Origin: Phoronis australis
Lineage: Eukaryota > Animalia > Phoronida
Length of the DNA: 64,000 nucleotides
Direction of reading: 5' to 3'
Assembly (NCBI GenBank): GCA_002633005.1
Contig: NMRA01000006.1
Coordinates: forward strand, 1,260,442-1,324,441
The position numbers were made by a program, and so were the translations under genes. Position 1 is the first letter of the stretch, and each line of letters opens with the position of its first letter. Of the stretch, positions 36,087 to 48,000 are shown piece after piece. The notes beneath the pieces are model-generated. The model saw nothing but the letters and a program-made list of their open reading frames with translations. It was not told where the DNA came from and ran no database searches.

Positions 36087-39000
36087 CTGTAATATGTCAA
36101 GTCACACATTTATCATCCTCCTGGATTCCAACGTACTGACAGAGACATCTATTAGCAACAGTTACTACCTCACCAGTAAGAAATGATAAGCATTTGAACG
36201 CAGACCAAGTAGTCTGGGCTTGAATGTCAAACAATGTTGAAATTGAGAAACCTAACAAAGATATGAAATAAAAATAATCCTTAAAACAGGTTTAATGTTA
36301 TTCTGATAATGCTTCTAGAAATTACTCAACTCATATGGATTGACAAAACCTAAACTTGGGCAAATGTGTTTTCAAAATGCTAATTGACAATACAAAATCT
36401 GGCATTGCAGTATCTCTTGAATTTTGAGGAAACTCCAAATATACCTTTTGGTAAAAGCTCATTCATGTTATGTTTTAACAGCACCACACTGTAAATTTGT
36501 CATTGTTGAAAGATGGCATGCATGTGCTTCAGTTGTTCTTCACTGCAAAATGTTGAAATGTGAACCCAGCAAACACAATGGAGTGCCTTAATCCTCAATG
36601 AAATACTTCACCTAAACCACAAACTGTGAATTAGCATGTCCATAAATCAAGACAAAACTGCACCCATCAAAATTTAAACACAATCCCTTAATTTGAATTA
36701 GATTTCATGCCAGCTTGGTTCGATTTGTTATTTGTGAAACTGACCAAGGGTGAACATTTTTACAATCTGAATGACTGAAGGGAGTGGTTGTAATAGACAG
36801 TGTGTGGTCCTGGATGATTTTATGTCTGGAGCCACTTGTAACAGTGTCATGTTAATTGGATTACAGAGTGTATAGCAGTTATGTAATACACAGTTATGTA
36901 ATACACATTTGACTGGATGAAAAGAGGAGTGTGATATATTTGATTCTCAGAACCTTTTTGGTTTAATTGATAGATGTAACCGCTAAGCACTCGCTGACAT
37001 GAACTGGTTCTATTAAAGAGCAGTGAAGAATGACCGATAGTCATAGGACTATCAAGTGAACTCATTTTACATTCAGCTAAATAATATTTTCGGATGTATT
37101 GGTATTTCTCAGACACGCAAGGATGATCAATAAAATGTTCAACAAACATAGGAAAGTACACCCAAGTGGAATTATTTTACAACAAAACATTGTTTTTTCA
37201 TGGTTTTCCAATATGTTGTACATTTGTTTTGTGAGGAAAACATCCTCACTACACATGACTTGTGGAAGCATTTAAGATGTAAGGCAGCCCATATCCTGAA
37301 ATAAAATCAAGCACGTAAGTGACTTTTTAATGAAAACACTACAAGGGAATGTAGTGGTATTCTTAGTCACTTGATTAGCCAGTTGAGCAACATGTCCCAC
37401 CCTGTCTATCATGCCAACCTGGACAACCCCCAGAGCCGGCACACAGTGCTACATATGGGTGCAAAACCAAATGCACTCTACTCATTGGAGTATCAGATGA
37501 TGGCTAATGATCAGGGATGACTAATGAGCCTGTCATCTCATCTGTTCACTAGATGTCAGGTCAGTGTCGCCTCAGCTGGCAGTAAATGGCTAATTGTGTT
37601 GACACTCAGTGTTGACACCCCTGAGACACACAAGGACCATGGCCAGTAAAGACTGCAAACCATTAATGACAAGTGAAAAAGTTATCCAGTTTCCTCTAAA
37701 GTTACATAAATGCCACTCTGTGGAGGGAATGAGACTTCAAAGGTGACTGCGTTGAGCCTATTTCATTCATGTGTCAAGCCTTTTGTTGCAGGCTACAAAT
37801 GGCCAACAATACCGAGAGCCTGGTTTTACAGAGTTTCAGTGAAGTGAGACAAGATAGAGAGTGTGGGGAACTAAGGTTCAGTTACTACTTTCCTTCCTTG
37901 CTTTATTTGTACACATGGCCATCGGGCCCAAAGTACAACAAACAAGCAAACAAGATCATTGGAGTGCTATGCACACTGGTCAGTAATACACCAGCTGTTC
38001 CATTTTTTAGATGTGTAGTATACATATTTCACAACTGAGATATCGGGATTACATAATAGTCTATGAAATATAAACAAAGAGGGACTTGTCCAGAGGCTCT
38101 CACTTATAATAAACTTAACTCTGATTTCGGAAAAGCGCCGCAAACAAACAAAAAGTGACATTCATCCTCGACACAGTTCCTCGAGCATAATGTACACACT
38201 TTGTCTTGATATATCACATTTACGTGCCGGCCAGTTTCTACTGCCAGTCTGTGGTTTGCACATCGAAAACGTGTAAAACCTTGCACGAACACACTTGGAA
38301 GATTTTCAATTTCTAAATAGTTTTCATGTATAAATACAACCTTAAAATTTTTGTAATAGTTAAATTTACAATTGGAATCAACATCGGACTGCCATCTTTG
38401 CAAAGCACACTCCTTAACCGGTTGTGAGAAAATATTTACAAACGACTCTTGACATGCGACTCCTTGGTTTACCCAAACATCATAGAAACCATACATTGAC
38501 AACAAATTGCAGACTGAGCTTGCCCAATTATACATATGTCTACCATTTTCATCTAGTCTGTACAACATGTTGTAAGCGGCCCTTGGATAACATTCCCGTG
38601 GCATATTCAAAATGTTAAACCAGTATTTAATACAGCTAACAAAGTATGCTGTAAACATAGGGTATCTGCCACATTCACCCACTACTGAAGCGTTAGAGCA
38701 AGAACTGCCAAGTCCCAGGGTCCATTTACAAAATTTTAAATGAATTTTTCTAAACACCCGTATTGTTTAGAACCCAAAATCTCGGCACCATAACACAATG
38801 TTGGGTACACCAGTTGATCAAATAACTGAAAGGCAAGTGATGGGGGCATATCGCGACATCTGCGCTGTAATTTCAAAACACGTGATGCAGCTATATTTGC
38901 TTGACAAGAAAAAGTTTTTCTCGCTTTCGACCAGTTACTAACTCCCTCTTGTGTCACTTTCTACAAGTGAATAAGTTAAAAATTTGACCAGCTTGAATCT

Positions 39001-42000
39001 CAAGTCACCCAATTCAACTAACAAGATTACTCATCAGTTACCTATGTCACAGAAAAATAATTACAAAATTTGTCATTTCCAATTTTCCAAATAACCACCT
39101 TGCTCCAAATAATAACCACCTTGCTCCAAATATCAAAACAAATACAAAGTGCTGTTTCATGTCATCTCTACAGTACAAACCTTTTTATTAATTGTCATTT
39201 TTGTTTTAAAAATGGACAAAATAGATTAATATGTGAAAAATGACAGAAATTTTAAGATATCATGAAACAGCGATGTTGGCTGCGCAACAATAAACAACTT
39301 GCAAATGAAATAAACATGAAGACTCAAACAAAAAAAAACTCCAAAAACAATGATACAAAAGTTCTGCTACTTTTCTTATCTTTATTTTGTCACAGTTTAT
39401 CAATTCTCTTAAAATAAATAGTTATTAATCATCTCGTTTATAACTTCTTCCTTTATCACAGATGCAAAGTATTAAACATTTCCTACTACTGATGCCAAAG
39501 TATTAAATATTTCCTACTATTAATGCCAAAGAAAGCATAGCTGGTTCTGGTCCGTAGCCTAACACCTTTTTGAAACTTGTGCTCACCGACCAAGTCAAGA
39601 AATCAATTTCAGCCATGGTCTATTTTTTTTGGAAATATTTTTTGAAAAGCTGCACAAAGGGGCGGGGCACACTAAACAGTATTTGAAACACCATGGTTTG
39701 TCAAGCCCTGAATGAAAAAAATCTACGCATCATTTAGATCATTTTTTGACAAAGTGACCAACTAAAAAGATAACGCACTACCAACTCAGTTTTCCCCATC
39801 CAACTATGCTTTTGTGGGCTATCTCATCATTAGTTTCAACTCAAAAGTACCATGCATCCAGTCACAAAAATCATAAATATTTGCATGTTCCTGTCTCCCC
39901 CAACACTTAATTTTTAACCAATTCACAACAATTTCGTTGAAATACATGCTACCATTAAATCAACGAAAATCTTTTAGTGCATTCTGATCTTGTTTTAAAT
40001 ACGTAATAATTTAGCTAGGCAACAGCCACAAAATTCCAACTGAACATGACAAGACCGACACCAGCACCCCCTATTGTTTATTTCTGTTTCCACTCTCCCT
40101 GGTGGGTGGCCATGTTTACAGACCCAAAACAGAAACAGTGAGGTTAACACTTCCACCAACCATCCTTGTGTGGTGGTGTCAAGGATCATGGCACTGGTCC
40201 CACACTAGGTAATGTGTATATGCTCTATCATGGGTGGCCATGTTTAGCCAGTAAACACTGCTAACCAGTCTGTCTGGGCGATGTGGTAATTAAAGATGGT
40301 TGTTGGGTAACGCAAATGATTACTATTGCACACTGACAGGTCATAAAAGGAAAACACATTTCTGTAACTGGATCGAAGAAATATTAAATATATTTGACTC
40401 ACAAGGTTTTCAATGTCTTCCTTGCAGAGTACATGTGCACACTCGGGTCACTTTTTAAATAAATAATGACTATTTAAGAAGTTCCTTTTGCTCAATTGTT
40501 CTGCACATTGTCACTTGTCAGTGCCCAGGTTTTGCAGGCAGATGTAGCTCGTAGATGTACATGTCTTAAACTTAGTGTTTTTGTAGTTTACAATTCATTC
40601 CTAGTACTAAGTATTTTTTAATCAATAGTACAATTCCCAATATAAGTTCTACTTTACTCAACCATCATTCCTACGAAGCTATACTTGTTTTCTCCAATCA
40701 TCATACATATTTGCTCGCCTCAAATCTAAGACAGGCATGAGGCTGCTTCCAGATGTGCTGATAAGTTGAAAGCTCAAAATAAGTACATTTTTAGTTCTAT
40801 CCATTTGAAGGAAACCACTACCATATTTTCTAGAAACATCTGTTTTTCAAAATTGCTTTGCTTACAATTTGATTGATATTTCCCTAAACAACGAATTTAA
40901 CAAGACTGTTGTTATCTGCATGTGTAAGAACTTTTGCAAATATTATTATTATACACATGATTGTGCTTACAAAACCATGAAATTAGTCAATGCAGACACC
41001 TGAAACCTTCAACCATGTTCGTATAATGTGATTTTGACATTGTGGCACCAGGTTCACATGTCTATATGAGATAATTATCCTATACACTTACCATAGGCCC
41101 ATGTGATACGCGTGTTATTAAATCATCAGATATGACGGAGCTATATTTATTTCTAAATATATAAAATGCCTATTTGACATGAATTTACAAATCAAAAAGG
41201 CATTTGATACAGAATCAGGTGAGGTTCATCAAAATCTAACTCAAGCTTCATGCAAAGCTGAGACACTTACCAGCTTAGATGCAGATATGTGTGACATATA
41301 ATGACATGTTTAATGTCCACAGTCACGCAGGTTTTCTATGCAACATTGCTAAAATGTGATATTCAAATACACAAAAAAATACCAAATATTTTAAATTTGT
41401 CATACCGAGGATGCTTTGATACAAAAGTGAGAAAATTTCAATTCTATCAAAGTAACAATCTGGTCATGATATTTTTGGATTTTGTAAAGCTATATAAAGT
41501 AGAAATATATGCTACATTTTAGTCGTTTATAATTACAAAAATCGCATGCACAGAAAGTTTTAACAAGGGTCTTTGTGGCACATGTCACATAGTCTATGAT
41601 CAGCACTGACTAGTGGTTGATTTTTAAAAACACAAGAACATAGGGTGCAACCCACACTGTATGAGTACACACTTCCCTCAGGTAAAGCTTCTCCAGTGGC
41701 ATGTAAAAATGTTTTACTAACGTACACTGTTTGTAACAGTGTTATAATATTCCGATTTGTGATATGGAAATGCTTTTGAAATCGGACCACGTTCAAACAC
41801 TTTTGCATATCACAAATCTCGACATAATGACCACTGATACAAACATGCAATTTGTATAACATGTATACCCTAGACTAATTTTGACAGCACATTTTGGAAA
41901 TAATTTGCAGGAGATTAATATTGTAATATTTGTCAATATTTATTTATAAATGCTCCAGAAATCAAACACTTTCCAGGTACATGTATACAGCATTTAAAAA

Positions 42001-45000
42001 ATATTTGCATAATTAGCAAATCTTCAGAAATACACAAACTCTCTCTGTGAGACAATCTTTTGGGAAACCGAGAAAATTCACAAGAGGAACCGTACTTTAG
42101 ATGTTTACATAATATTTTTTTAAACAAAACTATGTTTTCATTGATGTACTTCTAGTTTTAGAAAAACATAGAATAAAAATTTTTAAAATTACACTGTAAC
42201 TTAACATTCATTCACATGCTACTAGACTTGGTCTCCACAGACAAATGTGAGCATCTAAAGTCTAACATAGACACCCACATGTTTATGAGCCCAAATGTGT
42301 ACAACAAGGGTAAAACATTTGCCAAAACATTTGGCTTTACTCACACAAGAACTGTCTAGAAATAAAAACACATTTCCCCTGAATAAGAAAAGCAAAACAG
42401 CTGACAGCCAACAAGCCATGGCACTTGGTAGAACAGTAAATATAATCCAATAATTCAGGGACCTTCCTCAACTCATAGGAAAGCCGACTGTTACTTCTGA
42501 GAGGCGAACTTATTGGTGGGAATCCCGTCCCACCTTATCGGCAAGGCCTCAAGTACTCACAGCTAACGTTTTGTAAAAAGAGACACTAATCGTGAGGGGA
42601 ATTCTTTAATCATCGGAGGAAATTTTTGGGGAATGACAAGGAAATTTTTGCTCAATTTATTAATGTTTTTCATAGTGAATGATGCCAAATACCAAGGCAA
42701 AAAGGGCCCTGAATATACCGACCTCACTAACCAATTACTTCAGTGTTGGCCATTTTACAAGGACCAACTAGTAAGTTGAGTACATTCGTGAGAAACTTTC
42801 TTTTCACTACAATCATTTTGCTTTTTCTGCAACAAAGGCAGCATATGGAATGGTAATAATTAATTATTGACTTCCAGCTCCTAAAAGTCACAAGCAGGGT
42901 TATCTTTGAAAACAAATTTAGTTAATTTCCAGAAGCTTTAGTTTAATTTGATTTGTTTTTTTAATACAGCAAGTAAGCATTCCTAATGAAACATGATAAC
43001 AAAAAAGATGAATGTTGTCTCCACGATTACTTTCTCTAACTTGATTTAATCAAGTTTGAAATTTGTTATTTCAGCCTGACCTAATAACATTTATAATGAA
43101 ACTTCCAAAATTTAGGTACTGAAAATTCAATCAATCTTCTCAAAAATTAGAAACTGCCTTTTCAGTGCTCAAACAAGTCCCAATATTTGGTCAATAGAAG
43201 ATGAAAATTAATGGCATGTAAAATTATCAATATGCTTTTATAAGAATAACGACCAATTTTGAACAAAAATTGTAACAATTGTCACCTTATTCATAGAAAT
43301 TCCAGTCTCCTAAATTGAATAAAGAACTTTTAAAAAAAATCACTTCTAGTAGATCTCTACATGAAGCGAAGCTACAGACTGAACAGAGCACAATCAAAAA
43401 GAGTAATCATTGTAACTTCAACATGCTATTATTGGTGGGTCTGACCTCAAGATACAAAACATTGCATTGACCAGCAACCAAATGCCAAGAATGGGCGCCA
43501 TGACAGCAAATGTATAGCAAAAAAATTCCATTAGATTTGAATGTCTTAAATGCCCTTTGAGATAGAAAACCAATTGGGAAACGGAAGCACTGACAAGGTT
43601 AGACTATGTGTTGGAAAACAAGTCACACTTCAGAATATCATTTACCATAAAAATTCTTCAATTTGAGACAGTTATTGCAAAAATTGCCATACTTTTATCT
43701 TTCAGAGTCTTACCACATTGTTGTAAATGCTCAAAATTTTACCAAATTTTGTTTGGTAATATCTATGCCATACAAACCATGCTAAAACCAAAGTAAATTT
43801 TCCTGAAAAGTTATTTTTAGGGCGAAATCTGACAACATGAAATTTCACCTGTCAGCCGTATTGTGTCCCAAACTGAAGAATTTTTACCATGATAACTTTA
43901 GCAGCAGGTTCAGATAATGGCACTGCAGCGACATCTATTGACCTCTTAGAAAGTTCAAACAGAAGTGGAACATAAGAGGATCATTCTTAATAGAACTACT
44001 AAAAACATGGACCCTATACAAACATGAATTCCTAGCTACTATGAAACATTCTGGTCTGTGATATCAGCGAGTACAACCCTACTGACAGAAGAGCTTGGAA
44101 CACTCCTATCAGAACAACAAATGACAATATAACCTAGTCTTAAGTTTCCCAAAAGATTACAATGGTCATCACCATGGAACTTCAACTACATTTTTCATCC
44201 AACGTTTCCACAGGTCACAAAGTTGCTTTCATCAAGAGTGAAAACAGAACACCAGAAAAACATGTGCGTAGATTGTATGTCAAATGATTAGAGTGAAACA
44301 ACGGGCACGTCATTTATTCAATCTTCACACATAAATGCATGCACATACTAATGCTCCTTGTTGGGTGGTCGGGTTACAAATGTTGAATGTGTCTAGCTGG
44401 ACCATTGAAAGAAAGAAAAATGAGCGTGGTTTATTCTGATTTGTGGCTCACTCTTTTTGAGACCTGTGCTCACAAACCAAAAAAAACACTCGCCCACATC
44501 ACTTTAAGCTGAGGTCTTGTGATTTTTGAAAAGTTAACAGAAGCACACAAGCAACTGTAAAGTTGTGAAAAAGTGAACAACTAATAACAAATATCACACC
44601 ACCGACTTGATTTTCAAAAAAGACGGAGACCAGAGTCTATGCTTTTTTGTCCTAAGGAACAGCATCCAATTTCTTACAAAACTAAAACAAAAAAACACAA
44701 GCAGGATCCCGTTTGTTTACAGAATTTTTAGCTAGATTTTTCTCACAGCAAGACAGTTATGAACTCTCCAAAGGGTAGATTATCAACGTAGCAGAATTCA
44801 AAAAACACGGTCACAACCTACAGAATGCTACTAGAATTTCCTGCCCAGTCAGAATACTTTTAAAGAGCTTAGCCACTGTATGACTTACACTCACTCTACA
44901 GTACCATACAAAAGTGAATGAACAAAATGACCAAAAATTCCCAACAATACTGGTTGAGAGCAAACATGACTCATTGTTACAAGAACCGACCATTATGATT

Positions 45001-48000
45001 GGCAGTCGTAATCAGAGAATTTGACGAAAAGTCAACAAGACAAAAACACTATGCCATAGTAAGAATTTCATCAAAAGATTACTCATTAAAAATCCTTTTT
45101 TATTTAGACGTTATGATGGGGGCACACAATTTTGTCTGATTTTTTTTGACAAGTACTGTAGTTGCCTTTGACTAATAGCCAGAGGCATGGAGAACAGTAA
45201 CTAAGACTACTGTACTACTGACCAGAGATCCACCAGGCTGCAGTATATGTTGTCTGTAGTCCATGCCAGTCTTGGCGTTCATCACTCCTTCCTTCTTAAA
45301 TCGTGAGTAGAACATATCCATGCAGAACACTTCACTCCACTGTAATACAGATAACAACACTTTCAGTCTGCATAGAAAACATTTAACCCTTCCAAAAATG
45401 GGAAGGTGACGTTATCTCTCAAAAATATTTGTCAACTTCAACGAAAATCACTCAAGGAACTCCAGACATACAAAGACAAATGTAAAAAAAATGAATTTAG
45501 GAACCACAGCAGTAGTGGAATCCATCCATCTACTGTCAAATTTATAGGAATACAATTGCAAAATTTCAAAAACATCTTGCAAGACGTTTAGGAGATACAA
45601 CCGCAAATGCGAAAAAATGTCACAAGGGGGCACCACAGCAGTTTGACCCGTATGAGTATCCACGCCAATCATGCTCTTGTCAGAAGGAACACATCTTCCA
45701 ATTTTCATAATGATCCTCTGCACGGTTTGACAGATACAGAAGCACACGACAAAAAACAGATTAAAAATAATTAAAATGCCCACTAGTCGGTGCAGAATAC
45801 GTTGAATCCATAGGAAAGGTGTTGTTGTCCTCATAATACAAATTTGTTTGCAAAATTTCATGGAAAAGCATCATGGAACTCTGAAGTTACAGAGGCAAAC
45901 GAAAAAATAAAATTGCTACTGGGGAGCGCAGCTGTAGTTAGATTGGTATGAAACTAGGTGTCATCTCTTGTCATCTCCATAGAAGCACATCCACTAAATT
46001 TCCGAAAGATATTGCAAAGAGTAAAGGAGTTACAACCGTGGACGAAAAAAAAATTGCCACTAGGGGGTGCCAGAGTAGTTGAACACATCCGAAAATCAAC
46101 GACAGCCTTGGTCTTCTCATCGGGAACACATCTCCAAATTTTAATGATCTTCAAGCTGTTTGGTTGACAGAGAGGGTGATGTCAAAAACATATTCAAAAA
46201 TGTTTGAAATGGCCACCAGGTGGAGCACAATATGTCAAATCTGCCCGTCTCCTTAATAGAAACTTGTTTGCAAATTTCATGAAAATGAAAACAACCGCAA
46301 TACGTTGAAACTATCTGAAAACGGAAGCCTGTTGACTCTTTAATAGAAACCTATTTATTAAATTTCCTAAAACTGTGCCTACTAGTAAGAGTGGCAAAGA
46401 CACAAAAGACAACGATATAATAAAATTGCCACTAGAGGGGCACAACAGTAGTGGGAACCATCCAAATATCGCCGTTGTTCGTTGTCAACTTGATAAAAAT
46501 ACATTTGCCAAATTTAATACAGATCTTGCCGAGGGTTGGGAGATAGAGACATAGACGCAAAAAAATGCCACTAGGAGGTGCCACATTAGTCCGAGTTGTC
46601 TAACAATAATCATCAGTCGTCCTCTTCACACCAATTTTCAAAATCATCCTTTGAGAGGTTCGGTTGATAGAGGGGCAGACGCCAAAAACAGACTAGAAAA
46701 AAGTAAAAATGTGGGCGCATAAAAATGTTTTATATACTTCCATGCCAGTTTAATGACTGTGAACCTAAACACTTTTAGCAGCAACATGATTTCAGGTTTC
46801 AGTTTGCTTGGATTTAATTTTTATATCATAATCCATATTCTTCAAATCTATCGTTTGCAAACAAACGTACAGTTTAAGTAATTTGTTTCTTTGGATTTCT
46901 TGTGACAACCAATTTCTAAAATGGCTTTAAAATCTGGCATTTATAACTGTATTCAAGTGCTATATGACAAAAATAGGAGATTCTGTGAAAAGGTCTCAAA
47001 ATGATTATAATTACAGATGAATAACAATTGTCCACAACTGACCACTCCATCATTGTCCACATTTGACCACTGCATCATGCACTCAATCGGCCAAGTTTGA
47101 ACAACTGTTTGTGGCAACCATTAACTCATACAAAAAATAGTGTATAGGGGACCTTCTATATTGGCCTGCTCTTGAGTAAGGACACAATGAAAATGACTTC
47201 CACTTGATCCCGACTCAGATTTGGTGGACAGAAATTTAATTACTACATAGTGGTTCATTAATTTAAATAAAGCAGATTAATATATTCCACTCTCAGCACC
47301 TCCTACTGTTCAATTAGGTCAAGCTGACTTATTTGTTTTTTACATCGGCTGGGATCGAAATTCTCCCGCTTTGTGAGTCACAGCCCTGAGTTCGCAGGGT
47401 GCAGAATCTTCTTCATAGTGGGAAATGTATGGATATGTCAAGAGGTTTGTCTTTTTCTGTAAGCCATTAGTACAACCAACTGCACAGCAGTGACAATATG
47501 CCGGCATTATGATAGCAGAAAAGGTATGCTGTTTATACCAGCAGGTTGAAACCTCTTGTCTGCATTACATGGAACCTATAGGTGGCGCTGAATGCCTGAC
47601 CACCAAATATCTGATCGCCATCTGGCAGGATAGTGCATTTCAATATGGCACAGCTATTTGGATAGCCAGCTATTGGAAAACAACACTGAAGCTTGAAAAA
47701 TACCACTTAAGCTTACAAAGCACCGTTTAATGCTGGTCAAAAAACAAGCTGTTATTGCTGGAGACGTGGCTGTATAAAGAACAGGCAGGTCTGTTTAAGT
47801 GCCAATCATAGACTCAAGCAGAAACAAACTGTCAGTTCTTCTGAACACTACAAATTTTGTCTAATCTGCGAAAAAATGAAAAATGCTGGTTCAGAACAGC
47901 TTCAGTAAGTCCACAAGATAATTGAATCTTGGATTAAAGTTTTCAAAGGTGCATTTTGGCCTCTGTTTAGCCAATAATGTTGAATTCCTAAGCAAAGCGC

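Noticed and set aside
36847-37271. Two - strand ORFs as a second LINE fragment or nested gene
   Set aside because: No RT, endonuclease or other motif could be recognised.
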